NCBI RefSeq assembly: GCF_001194135.2
Contig: NC_068988.1
Coordinates: 1,405,874 to 1,439,805 of the forward strand
Direction: 5' to 3'
Length of the DNA: 33,932 nt
Origin: Octopus bimaculoides
Lineage: Eukaryota
In this document: one piece after another, positions 20,422 through 31,891 of the stretch
Position numbering within the stretch: position 1 is the first letter of the stretch
How the letters are laid out: every line of letters begins with the position of its first letter
The notes under the pieces: generated by a model
What the model was told of the DNA's origin: nothing
The model's input: the letters and a program-made list of their open reading frames with translations, nothing else
Database searches by the model: none
Position numbers and translations under genes: made by a program

Positions 20422-20840
20422 NNNNNNNNNNNNNNNNNNNNNNNNNNNNNNNNNNNNNNNNNNNNNNNNNNNNNNNNNNNNNNNNNNNNNNNNNNNNNNN
20501 NNNNNNNNNNNNNNNNNNNNNNNNNNNNNNNNNNNNNNNNNNNNNNNNNNNNNNNNNNNNNNNNNNNNNNNNNNNNNNNNNNNNNNNNNNNNNNNNNNNN
20601 NNNNNNNNNNNNNNNNNNNNNNNNNNNNNNNNNNNNNNNNNNNNNNNNNNNNNNNNNNNNNNNNNNNNNNNNNNNNNNNNNNNNNNNNNNNNNNNNNNNN
20701 NNNNNNNNNNNNNNNNNNNNNNNNNNNNNNNNNNNNNNNNNNNNNNNNNNNNNNNNNNNNNNNNNNNNNNNNNNNNNNNNNNNNNNNNNNNNNNNNNNNN
20801 NNNNNNNNNNNNNNNNNNNNNNNNNNNNNNNNNNNNNNNN
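20422..20840. other. Assembly gap (N), flanked on the right by (TC)n
   Basis: Run of N; (TC)n at 20841-20895. Confidence 1.
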
Positions 20841-20900
<60 letters not shown>

Positions 20901-21608
20901 CATCTCTCATCTCTCTTTCTCCATCTCTCTCTCCTCACTGCAAGTACTATACATGTCTACAGACATCAGCAATCATGGACCTCCATACCAAAGTCTGAAG
21001 ATTCACAATTTCCCTTGGCAAAGACACAGCCACTCGTTTCCCCATTATCTTCAGCCAGTCTATGTACCATCAGCTCTGTTAGTCTTCTGCTCTTGAGAAC
21101 TTACCCTTGAGACACAGGACCTAATTAACCATCAGGCAGGGGTCTGGTTCATGTGGTATCAGTGCCTGTCTACATCACTGTGTGACACACATCTTAGGAC
21201 CAGCCATCCTCTGACCCCTGTATGTGATATCCACAGGACCAACTTCTGCTATTTGACCCTTAATTGGGGTCTTTGACAAATACTTTCACCGCAGGCCAGA
21301 CAGTGGTAACTAAGATGTAATTCCATACTTCCCCAAACTCAGCAACTCCCAAGCTGGAGTCTTGCTGCTGGATGCAGTTGAATATCTTGCCCAAGACAAT
21401 GGGATTCTCATCATTCATTGTATTTGTTAGATTTCGGTGAAGAGAACCCAAGACACTAGTGCAGTGCTTTTCTTAGTTAAAATATTAAAGTATGCTTCTC
21501 TATGGTACCTATTTACAGTTGGGCATATCAGTCTGGCTGAGATTTTACATCCTTTTCAGTTGAGGCTATCTCAGAACTGAAATACACGAAATCATTGGTA
21601 AGGTCTCC

Positions 21609-21825
21609 ATACATCATCATACATCATCATCGATCATTTTGAATCCGGGTTTTGTCCCCGTTAATGGAGGTGGCTGGATCTGCCTCAATGCCATAGCAAC
21701 CACCCTCACACCATTTTGCCATCTTGCCCGGTTTTGGGTGTCCTCCCTTCTCAAAGCAACCCTCTCAATCTCCTCCTCCACCTGTCCCCACTGATTTTCC
21801 TTGGTCTACCTTGTTTTCATTGTCT
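21609..21825 (-). mobile_element. RTE-clade LINE 3' end (decayed ORF2 C-terminus)
   Basis: Minus strand reads QGRPRK / VEEEIERVALRREDTQNRARWQNGV, matching the RTE C-terminal GRP.K.W...DR..WR pattern with a frameshift; (GAT)n tail. Confidence 0.7.
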
Positions 21826-21934
21826 ATTGATGTTGTTAATCCTAGTTAAACCAAATTCATTGCTTGCAATCGACAGCTAATCCAAAATCTAATTCTAGAC
21901 TCTGAAGTAATTGGGTGGAATTTGATTTTTGTGA

Positions 21935-22280
21935 CAGAGCAGTCTTAAACGTATCTTGGAGAACTCAACCCACCAAGAAAGCAGCTGAATGGAGATCTCC
22001 TGCCTGTTTTCCACCCTTATAAGGGAAAGGCACTGGTGCTTCGTGGGACATTGCTGGTAAGCTAAACAAGAACTGGCAAGTGACCTACAACAATTGATGC
22101 CAAAGCATGGCCAGGCTTGATCAGATCGTCTGAACACAATGTCTGTAGATCAACTCATCAGAGACACTAGATGCCCCCCCCACCAAGACCTCCCTCACCT
22201 AATGCAGGACTGAGATGGATGGTATCCATGGATTAAAAATATCCAAGCAAGCTCAACCACATGATGATGATGATGATGAT
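21935..22280 (+). mobile_element. RTE-X-like LINE 3' end, decayed
   Basis: Frameshifted reading RAVLNVSWRTQPTKK/QLNGDLLP/STLIRERHWCFVGHCW*AKQELASDL...PKHG...DQLIRDT...DLPHLMQD*DGW..IQASSTT, then a (GAT)n tail. Confidence 0.7.
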
Positions 22281-22699
22281 ATGAGTCTGTTAAGAATTGT
22301 TTTTACAAGACATGTACTGATATAAATTATTGACCTGTTGGTTAATAATCTCTCCCTCTCTGGATTCTTTTTCAGTTTCTGTCTGTAAACTCCAGTATGT
22401 CTGTTTTAGCTATGGTTTTATATACACTGATTTTGTTATATGTGAATCAATGCCAAAAGCCAGTTATTTATTATTGACTTATAAAGACAAAATCAATGAA
22501 ATGTTTTATATTTGAATTCAGTAATAATAAGTCTTGTTTCAAATGAGCAAAGATTAAAAGGAAGAACTGTCTGGGGCTGCCCAATCCATGCCAGCCTGGA
22601 AAAGGGTTGTTAAGTGTTGATGATGATGAGGAATTTTGTTACCTTGAGTAACAAGATTGATTCTTTGAATTATAGGAACAATTAATCAGATGACAGCTT

Positions 22700-22855
22700 A
22701 CCATTTAATCAATTCCACTCACAAAGTTTTGAACTGACCTGAGACTATGACATAGAAATTTGTCCAAGGTACCATGTAATGGAATTGAACCTGAAAACTC
22801 ATTAATTTTCAAAGTGGACATCTTAACTACACCCCTGCACCTGTGTTTGTGTAGT
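22700..22855 (-). mobile_element. Old family A SINE head
   Basis: tttgtccaaggtaccatgtaatggaattgaacctga...actacacccctgcacct. Confidence 0.55.
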
Positions 22856-22869
22856 CTTTTAACGAAGGT

Positions 22870-22995
22870 GGATGGTTTATTGATCACGGTGTCACACAAT
22901 CGCAAGAGCATGTTTGTGATTCCCAAAGTTGGTGGTGCTTTGTGTTCTTGAGAAAACCATTTCATTTCACATTGTTCCAGTTCCATTTTGGACAG
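22870..22995 (+). mobile_element. Old tRNA-headed SINE family E head
   Basis: gtgttcttgag...catttcacattgttccagttcc is similar to the reverse of 31250-31375. Confidence 0.45.
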
Positions 22996-23477
22996 TTGTG
23001 ATCTCAGTCAATATTCCATGCCAAATGTGTAACCAGCTCTTTGAGTCATTGAATTTGAGACAATAATGTGTAGGAGATGATGATGATGATGATGATGATA
23101 CACACATTTTTTCATCATGATTTACTTTTCTACAATTCCAGGTTTCCATACATGCCTACATCTCTGTGCATCCAGATTTTCATGCATAACCTACTTTTGT
23201 ATACATCCAGGTTTCCATATTTTACTTAATCTCATCTATGAAATCTAATTTTCTTCCGTTCTTATCAACAAATTTTCTTTCATTTCTGTTCGCACCACCT
23301 TGTATCTCTTGCCAGTCTTTACATGTTTTACAACCCCACCCCGTCCCAATCATTGGGTGTTTGTCTTTCATGTTTTTTGCCAATTCTAGTTTTTTTTTGG
23401 AGGTTTTTTTTCCTCACTCTCTCTCATGTAACATTCATGTCTTTTCTGGGCAGTAAGTTCTTACTAAACTGATTGTG

Positions 23478-23525
<48 letters not shown>

Positions 23526-23555
23526 GTTATTATTATTATTGTTGTTGTTGTTGTT
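23478..23555. repeat. (ATT)n/(GTT)n microsatellite
   Basis: Directly visible. Confidence 0.95.
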
Positions 23556-23557
23556 AG

Positions 23558-23706
23558 GTTCTGAGGTCAAATTCCGCTTAGGTTGACTTTGCCTTTCATC
23601 CTTTCAGGGTCGATAAATTAAGTACCAGTGAAACACTGGAGGTTGATGTCATCGCCCTGTTCCCTGCCCCCAAATTGCTGGCTTTGTGCCTTTAGTAGAA
23701 AGGATT
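23558..23706 (+). mobile_element. 5'-truncated family D SINE
   Basis: gttctgaggtcaaattccgc...gcctttcatcctttcagggtcgataaattaagtacc...gtagaaaggattatt. Confidence 0.8.
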
Positions 23707-23789
23707 ATTATTATAATAAAAAAAATACACACACATGGATATGCCTGTGTGTATGTAAGTGTGTGTGTACTTCTCACTAATGTGTATCC

Positions 23790-23960
23790 TCATCCTCGTA
23801 TGATGTTCATTTTCCATGCTGGCATAGGGTGGACACTCTGATAGGATCCAGCGCCAAACACCACTGCCAGCTTTGGCCACATTGTCTATGGCTGGAAGCC
23901 CTTCCTAATGCCAATGCCACCAGCACTACAGGTGTGGCCAAGTAAGTTGCAAACCAGGTT
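23790..23960 (-). mobile_element. RTE 3'UTR-type fragment
   Basis: tttttccatgctggcataggg...gcccttcctaatgccaa. Confidence 0.65.
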
Positions 23961-24129
23961 TAATCTATAATCATTTAAAAGAGTTTTTGGTGTTGAATAA
24001 AATACATATGGTATTTGTTCTGGCTCACTGTGATCTACGTTTAAATCCTGCTGTGGTCTACATGGGGTGGTGGACTTAATCCATCACCCAGTTTAACACC
24101 TTTACTGTATAGCACTTTTGCTGTTTTTT

Positions 24130-24408
24130 GTAGATCCTGTACTGGTGCCATGTAAAAAGCACCTGTACTGGCACCACATAAAGATCACTCACGCTGGCAC
24201 CAAGCTCCTCTGTGCTGGTTCCATGTAAAAAGCACCCAGTATGCTGTAAAGTGGTTGATGTTAGGAAAGACATCCAGCTATAGAAACCATGCCAAAACAG
24301 ACAATTGGGGTCAGGTGCAGCTCCTTGGCTTGCCAGTCCCTTGTCAAACCATCCAACCCATGCCGGCATGGAAAACAGATGTTAAATGACAATGATGATG
24401 ATGATGAC
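24130..24408 (+). mobile_element. RTE 3'UTR-type fragment with internal (tgtaaaaagcacc) repeats
   Basis: ccatgccggcatggaaaacagatgttaaatgacaatgatgatgatgatga. Confidence 0.8.
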
Positions 24409-25206
24409 CCTATTGCTAGGATTCAGCCCAGATCTCTGGTTTAAGAATAGCTCCCACCCAGTTGCCTTGGAGGCCCTATAAAGGGTCATAGGCACTGCAT
24501 TAATTTGAACAACAGAGAACAAGGAAGGTGTACTAAATGCTAAGTCAACAACATAGTGTTCAGCTGCCATATAAAGCAGTCTGCCATTAAGCTGTTACCA
24601 TGGTGGATAGCTTAATTTTCATGCTTGTGTTTCATCAGGTATCATTAAGCAAACAGCATATAATTTATGAAGAATGCAGCATGAATAAAAGCTTGTGTGT
24701 ATGTGTGTACATACACACATAGAACAGATACTGTTTACCAAATTCTATTCAGAACTACTGTCTTTCACTCTCATTGATCTTCAGAACAGAGTGAATTTAG
24801 CAATGTTTATCTAAAATAAGGCTTCTCGATACAGAAATTTATTAAAACCGTATTTGTTGTTGAAAAGCAGACCGTAACAGGTTTACACATGTTTCTGTAG
24901 TCCATCAGACTTCACTTGACTGTGTCATGAGATTCATTTTCCCATCATGCTCTTACATCACTCAGTAAAAAAAAAAAGAAGATGAAAGAGTCCAAGCCCG
25001 AGTTAATCTTATTCATTCAATGTGAATTAGTATTTAGGTTAATCTTGTTCGATTACTAACTCCAATGCCATGATTGCAGCATTTAACCTAATAGCAGGGG
25101 AAGATTAAGGTCATATTGGTCTTAATTAAATCCCCAAATATCTAAATTGGTTATCTTTAGTTTCTAATTAAGGGACTAATCTATAACACTGCCATGGAAT
25201 GCATGC

Positions 25207-25222
25207 ATAACATGTATGTGCA

Positions 25223-25267
<45 letters not shown>
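25207..25267. repeat. (TG)n microsatellite
   Basis: Directly visible. Confidence 0.95.
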
Positions 25268-25269
<2 letters not shown>

Positions 25270-25836
25270 ATAAGGTTCTTGATATAATTAGGTTTCCTAA
25301 TGTAAATTATATAAAACCAGGGATTTTGAGGAGAAGGGGAAAAGGGTTAGTTATTCGTACAAGGGCATTTGCACTGCATATGAAGTGAAACCTTAAAATG
25401 AAAACCAAAACTAGGTCACAGACAAGTTTGCTAAAATCTTACTGCAATGAATGAACCACTTGAAGCTTTATGTACAATTAATTATAAATGCAATTAATTA
25501 TAAATACAAACAAAATCTTATGTTGTGTGTTTATGTAAGAAGTCTTTAGTCAAATATTATTTGCTGCTCTACATTATGTTGAGTATATTGTATATATTAA
25601 AAGTATATTGTAAAATTGCTTTTAATGGGATGTATATGAAAGAGATAGAGCTATATATACAATAGCATGTAGAATACTGGGTGTAGAAAGCTGATGGCCC
25701 ATAGGAGCTGGGTGTAAGATACTGTATTCTATGAATATCAATGTATATAATAATATATATGTATGAATGTGTGTATAATACTGAATTGTATAATATCAAT
25801 ATACAGGTACAACAATGATTTTTTTTTTTCTCCCAG

Positions 25837-25889
25837 AAACTTCACTTTTAAGCCTTTTCCAGATTACTGATTTTTCCAAACCAGGGGTG
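25837..25889 (+). other. Candidate exon (53 nt, or 27 nt from an alternative acceptor at 25863), unverified
   Basis: ttttttttttctcccag|AAACTTC...ttttccag|ATTACTGATTTTTCCAAACCAGGGGTG|gtaggt; reads TSLLSLFQITDFSKPGV. Confidence 0.25.
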
Positions 25890-26206
25890 GTAGGTCACCT
25901 TGGTCAACACATTCTAAATTAAACGAATATTAAATTTACTTAATGAAATAAAATTCAGGTACCTGTATATTAGTATAAATTAACGCAGATTATAAAAGGT
26001 TCCAGACTTCTGATAATCACTGTTTGGAAAGTCAGTGTTGTAACTATACATATAACATGCATATATATAAATGCCTATATAATACAATATTGCATGAACA
26101 TAAATATATATAGCAATGTATATATAAATGGGTGTATAATACTGTATTGTATAAATATTAATATAGTATATATAACATTATATATATATATATATATATA
26201 TATATA

Positions 26207-26370
26207 GATTGAGTAGATCTATGATCAAAACCTTCCAGCCATGACCATCAACATGCATTTGGGTGGGGGTGGGGGATGTTGGACTACATTATCTAACATA
26301 TCACATTTTACATAAAGCAGCAGCGTATTAAATGGAGGTGATCTGGCTGCAGTTTCTATATATATATAGA
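26207..26370. repeat. Unclassified interspersed repeat (family F)
   Basis: gattgagtagatctatgatcaaaaccttccagccatgaccatc...ggactacattatctaacat; similar to 1895-2095 and 32866-32940. Confidence 0.55.
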
Positions 26371-26463
26371 TGATCAGAATGTTCTACATACACTAGGCAT
26401 ATATTCATCAATGTTCCTCAAATCTATATACTCTCTCTCCCCCACCTTTCTGTGTGTGTATAA

Positions 26464-26500
<37 letters not shown>

Positions 26501-26769
26501 TGTGATATATTGTACTCTATTCTTTGTTTTTATTTGAGGCAACCTACATTGCCATTTTCCAATCTGTTCTAACATCTGTGTGTTTATTTGGTTTGTGAAG
26601 CATAAACAACATATGTCATCTACTTTCCTGCTGTGATTTCATTTTATTACATGCTGTTGCATATTCAAGTTGTCTCTCTCTATTGCCATTTGATGTTTAA
26701 TAAGCATTGAAAAAACTTACGTCAAGCTTCACTTCCTCTCTAAAGTTAAATAGACACCATTTAAATCTA

Positions 26770-26956
26770 AACGAATTATTGCGTAGACACACACACATAC
26801 ATGTACTCACACACACATACACATGCCCATACTCATATATATATATATATATATAGACATACATACACACACATGCACTCTCTCTCACCATATATGTATA
26901 GATACACACATACACCCCCTCCACACACTCTCTCTCCCCATATATGTATGTGCGTG

Positions 26957-26987
<31 letters not shown>

Positions 26988-27005
26988 CCCTCCACACACA
27001 CTCTT
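26770..27005. repeat. Compound (CA)n/(TA)n/(CT)n low-complexity tract
   Basis: Directly visible; source of several spurious ORFs. Confidence 0.9.
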
Positions 27006-27084
27006 TCTCTCTCCGTATGTGTAAGTGCATATACACGTGCGTGCCGCCCCCCCTCACATCATGTAATAATGAAAATGCCTATGA

Positions 27085-27235
27085 AAACAGCTATGGTTAT
27101 GTGGTTAAGAAGTTTGCTTCCCAACTACATGGCTTCAGGTTCAGACCCATGAAGTATTTTCTTTTCTGGCCCCAGGCTGATCTATTTCTCATAGATGAAT
27201 TTCGTAGAAGGAAACTCAAAGAAGCCCCCTCATAC
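27085..27235 (+). mobile_element. Internally deleted family A SINE head
   Basis: ggttatgtggttaagaagtttgcttcccaactacatggcttcaggttcagaccc...ggaaactcaaagaagccc. Confidence 0.7.
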
Positions 27236-27988
27236 ATATATGTGTGTGTGTGTGCATGTGCAGCTGCGTGTTTTTCTACATTTGCACTTTTTACAAATAC
27301 CGTGAGCTACATGTAGCGATGTTGTTTGCCATTTTTCCATAAATCAAATGCTCTCTTTACTACTTTGAAGACATGTGGAACAATGGTCTCTTTGCTTGAA
27401 AGAAAAGTTAAGGGTTAGCAACAGGAGGAGCATCCGTCTGTAAAGCAATACCTCACTAATGTATCCACCTAACTCACGCTAGTTTGGAGAAATAGACGTA
27501 AGAATTGAACAAACGAAAGAACAAAATCACTATTATAGCACAGCTCTGAATAAATATGTAGATGAAAATTATATAGGATATTGCTTAATATATGTATATT
27601 TAATCTGGCTGTGAAAATATAATCTGTGGATATTGACAGGAACTTTTTCAGATAAGAAAGAAGAGTGTCTGATTTGTTTGATATTTATTAATACTTATCA
27701 GGGATCACTTCTATCACCTCTCAACTGCTGATGTTAAGAACCTCTTCATGGAAACCATAATAGCAAAGATTGTAACATGTAACTGATTAAATTCTGATCA
27801 CCTGCCTCGTACCATTATGTAAATTTTTTCATAAGATAGATAGATTGTTCCACCTTCGATAGGTGAAAGGTGAAGTATTAATAAAATAAAAAGAAACTAG
27901 TCAGATGCTCTTCTCTCTTATCTGCTGAAGCTTCCATGATTTGTTTTGCAGGTTATATATTTGCAGCAAGACAATATGTTTCATAAGT

Positions 27989-28545
27989 ATTGGGCCTCAC
28001 AGAGGAATGACAAAAGACCGAGACCTCTGGAGGTATGTTGTGACTGAGAAGACCTGGCAAATAAAATGAGTTCACTGCTCTAACCTACACCAGTGTTGCA
28101 TAACCAGTCTACTCAAAAGTGTCTTGGATCGTCGGGTGACATGCTGTGCTTGAGACCTATTGAGTCAAATACATCAACATCAACAGTAATATCAAAATCA
28201 AATCAAATGGAAATTGTAGTGTAACCCTCGTGCTGGTAGCACATAAAAAGCACCGTCCGAACGTGGCCAATGCCATGCTGCTTTGACTGGCTTCCATGCC
28301 AGTGGCATGTAAAAAGCACCATCCAATCGTGGTCGATGCTAGCTCCTCTGGCCCTTGTGCCGGTGGCACGCAAAAAGCACCCACTACACTCTTGGAGTGG
28401 ACGGCATTAGGAAGGGCATCCAACTGTAGAAACTCTGCCAGATCAGACTGGAGCCTGGTGCAGCCTCCTGGCTTCCCAGACCCCAGCTGAACCACCAACC
28501 CATGCCAGCATGGAAAACAGATGTTAAACAATGATGATGATTCTG
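27989..28545 (+). mobile_element. 5'-truncated RTE LINE: ORF2 C-terminus + full 3'UTR + (GAT)n tail
   Basis: LGLTE / MTKDRDLWRYVVTEKTWQIK* (28007-28069) runs directly into the 3'UTR shared by the many tail fragments. Confidence 0.8.
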
Positions 28546-28579
28546 TGCAGTTTCCATCCATCTATCCATATGCATGCAT

Positions 28580-28760
28580 GCTACAGCATCATCGTTTTTT
28601 GATGTCCATCTTCCATGCTGGTGTAGGTTGGACAACTTGACAGGATCTGGTAGACTCAGGGGTTGCACCATGCTTCTGAGCCTTCTTTCGTATGGTTTCT
28701 TTGACTGGATACCCTTCCTATCACCAATGTCCTTCCTAACATCGCATAGTTGTAAAAGGC
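28580..28760 (-). mobile_element. Diverged RTE 3'UTR-type fragment, tail-to-tail with the previous element
   Basis: catcatcgttttttgatgtccatcttccatgctgg...ggatacccttcct. Confidence 0.7.
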
Positions 28761-28999
28761 AGAAAACGTCAGGCATACGTTGAGACTCAGACCGAGCTGT
28801 TTCAGTTCTCTTTTATAAATGACCGAACCATGTTCCTGCGTGCAGGTAATCCGTGAACTTATCTATCCGTCCAAAAATCCATTTGTCCATTTTGTGTTTA
28901 TCCATCTGCACACCTGTCCATCCATCCATCCATCCATCCATCCATCCATTTATTCATTAAAAGTTTTCACCTTCCTTGTATATATATCTTTCATCATTT

Positions 29000-29200
29000 G
29001 CTTGTTTCAGTCATTAGACTGTGGTCATGCTGGGGCACCACCTTGAGGAATTTTTAATTGAATGAATTGACCCCAGTACTTTTTTTTTTAAACCTGGTAC
29101 TTATTTTTTTGTCTTTTGCTGAACTGCTAAGTTATAGGGATGTAAACAAACCAACACTGATTGCCAAATGGTGATGGGAGACAAACACACATACACACAC
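29000..29200 (-). mobile_element. 3' body of the composite SINE
   Basis: cttgtttcagtcattagactgtggtcatgctggggcacc...ctaagttatagggatgtaaac...ggagacaaacacac. Confidence 0.8.
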
Positions 29201-29204
29201 ACGT

Positions 29205-29430
29205 ATTGCCATATGTTGACATTGTGTTATAGTTGTAAATGAGTGTCACTGTCATACAAGCAGTGTCATTCAGTTCCAATATTCTTCAACAACTTGTCTG
29301 GCCATGTGAAGCAATTACCTTGCTTGAAAACTGGTGAGGATTGGCGACAGGAAAGGCGTCCACCTGTTGGAGATTCTGCCTCAATAATCTCTGTCCAACC
29401 CATGGAAGTATGGAGAAGTAGGTGTTAAAA
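29205..29430 (+). mobile_element. SINE body with RTE-like tail (variant B')
   Basis: ttaccttgcttgaaaactggtgaggattggcgacaggaaaggc...; homologous to 30340-30478. Confidence 0.7.
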
Positions 29431-30040
29431 AATGGTTGCAGTTTTGATTAAATTCTATAGAATCCCACAAAGCCTCTCAATTCCTGCTGCCAGTTGATCT
29501 TGTGGACTATATTTTATCAGCTTTTGAAATGAAAATCTTTTAATTTGATGGACTTTTCTAAGATGGTTAGATAACGCTTTCCTTCTTTCCACCTTTTATT
29601 TCTATGTTTTATGGCAAAGCAACACTTTCAATTCAGATATTAATCACAAATTACGCATAATGGTAATTAGAAAAATGTGTTCCACTTTAAGACCTAACAG
29701 ATACCATCTTCACTTTGATCTTGGAGCAGGTTTTAATTCTTGATTGATTTGTAAATTATTGATAGAAAACTGAATATCATTTCCAAATATTGGTTCAAAT
29801 TCTTAATCACTAAATCGGTCGTGTGTTCACTATCGATAGCCACTTTATTATTGATCTCATTAAATTGATAAGGAAAGAAAATATTTTCATCTATCAAAGA
29901 AAATGGTTCTCTTACCTTTTGAAGTTGTGTAGTTTTAGAATAAAATTTGCTGTTACATACATTTAAGGATTTATGGACAATTAAACTGGATTTTAACTTT
30001 TATAATTAAAATATTTTCCTCCTCTTTTCCTATGTCCCTT

Positions 30041-30478
30041 GGGCTGTGGGGTTAAGACATTTGTGTCCCAACCGTGTGGTTTTGGGTTCAGTCCCACTGT
30101 GTGTCACCTTGGGCAAGTATCTTCTTCTACCACCCTGGCCTGACCAGAGCCTTCTGAGTAGATTTGATAGAAGGAAACAAAGAAACTTATCTATCTGTCT
30201 GTCCGTCCGTCCATTGACCCGTATGTGTTGCAGTTGTGTACATGCGTGGGAGTGTTTATCCTTGCCTCAATATCACCCAATGGTTGTAAGCATGCCTCAT
30301 TCACGACCAACATTCCAGGGAAAACATTCCTGGCCAAGGAGGAAATATTACCTTGCTTAGAAACTAGTAAGGGTTGGCGACAGGAAAGGCATCTAACTGC
30401 AGAAAACATGCCTCAATAAATTCCATCTGACCCATGCCAGCATGGAAAAGGGGACATTAAAATGACAATGATGATGAT
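30041..30478 (+). mobile_element. Full SINE: family A tRNA head + simple repeat + B' body + RTE-type (GAT)n tail
   Basis: Head ggttcagtcccactg...cttgggcaagta; tail ccatgccagcatggaaaagggacattaaaatgacaatgatgatgat. Confidence 0.75.
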
Positions 30479-30998
30479 ACTCAGAGCAGTCTCCTTACTC
30501 AGCATTTCATTGCTGGATCCTGTTTATGATTTGTTTGCATGTGAAGGCATGAGTGCAGCAGATAACTTTATCATACACCAGCATCTCTTTCCTGGGGAAT
30601 ATCAGATAGAGAGAACTCCATCATGCTAATGACTGGTATTTTTAAGACACACCACAAAAAGATATATTTCCTTTACCAAAAAAAAAAAAAAAGGACTGAC
30701 TAAGCACTCTTATAGACTTGCATTCTTCACATTTATTTCTTTATTTTTTTTTGTGTTGACTTCCTGAATATACCAAGGTTTTCTTTTATGAAATGGTACC
30801 AGAATTTAAACCAGCAGCTATAACTTTCTGATAATAGTTTTATTTGAGTAAAAAAAAAAAGAAGAAAAAGATGGAGCCAATATCTGGGTCTTTCGGTTAT
30901 TTAGTTAAGGGATAAAAGATGGACAAATATGTATGCATGGTATCGTATCATTCATATCAAATGCTGCATAAATATAACCTTATATACTTTGTGAAACA

Positions 30999-31058
30999 TC
31001 TGCTGCTGCTGCTGCTGCTGCTACTACCACCACCACCACCACCACCACCACTACTACT
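30999..31058. repeat. Compound trinucleotide (CTG)n(CTA)(CCA)n(CTA)n
   Basis: Directly visible. Confidence 0.9.
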
Positions 31059-31059
31059 G

Positions 31060-31375
31060 GCACTCCATCGGTTACGGTGATGAGGATTCTAGTTGATCCA
31101 ATCAATGGAACAGCCTGCTCATGAAATTACCATGCAAGTGGCTGAATACTCCACTTAACCCTTAACACAGTTCTCAGGGAGAGTCAGCGTGACACAGAAC
31201 GTGACAAGGCTGATCCCTTTTGAAATGCAGGGACAGATGCAACTCCTTTTAATCGGTTGAGTGGACTGGATCAAAGTGAAATAGTTTCAAGCTTAAGGAT
31301 ATAACAAACCCCAAGAAATCAAATTCACAGCTTTGTGACCTTGAGCTGAATACCCTAACCACTAAGCCATGTGCT
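31060..31375 (-). mobile_element. tRNA-headed SINE family E
   Basis: Minus strand starts gcacatggcttagtggttagggtattc (A-box TGGCTTAGTGG); a matching head fragment ccactaagccacgcgc lies at 2291-2306. Confidence 0.6.
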
Positions 31376-31891
31376 AATATTGGTGGGGTCAGTAGAAAAA
31401 ATGTCCCCTATCCAGTGAGAGATAGATATTTAATATACACAGCATTTCAATTCGTGCTACCATAAGTTTCATGCTATAAACTGGAAAATTTACATTTCAT
31501 TCTTTTCTGTTTCCAAGCAATTTTTCAGACATAGTTGATCTTTTTTGATAAAAACAAGAAAAGGTGCTGACCTTTCTCTTACCGTCCTCTGGTCCTTTAT
31601 CTTGTTTTCACAAACACCATTGTCCTTTCTTATTTCTTTGTTTTTTGACCAATGTCCTTTTGCATTTTTTTTTTCAAAACAGACCAGCCATGTTGTATAT
31701 TTGAGTCTGAAAGATTGCTTACAAACACAAAGCATGATAAATAATCTCACCAGTTTATTGTGTTTCCACAGCATGAAACTAATTGTAGCCTGAATTCAAA
31801 TTCTGTGTATATTTCTTTTGTTATTGCCCTGGTCAAACCATCCAACCCATGCTAACATAGACAATAGATGTTAAATGATGATGATGATTAT

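Noticed and set aside
22376-22394. Candidate 19-nt exon with a strong acceptor (ttctttttcag|...CCA|gtatgt)
   Set aside because: Not a multiple of 3, breaks or alters the candidate chain, and has no independent support.
27952-27986. Candidate 35-nt exon (ttttgcag|GTTATA...CATAA|gtattg; VIYLQQDNMFHK), in frame with 25837-25889
   Set aside because: The putative donor sits at the 5' truncation junction of the RTE insertion and is probably supplied by it.
29640-29900. TAAT/TGATTGAT-rich stretch as a possible homeodomain enhancer
   Set aside because: The AT content makes these motifs expected by chance; no distinctive clustering.
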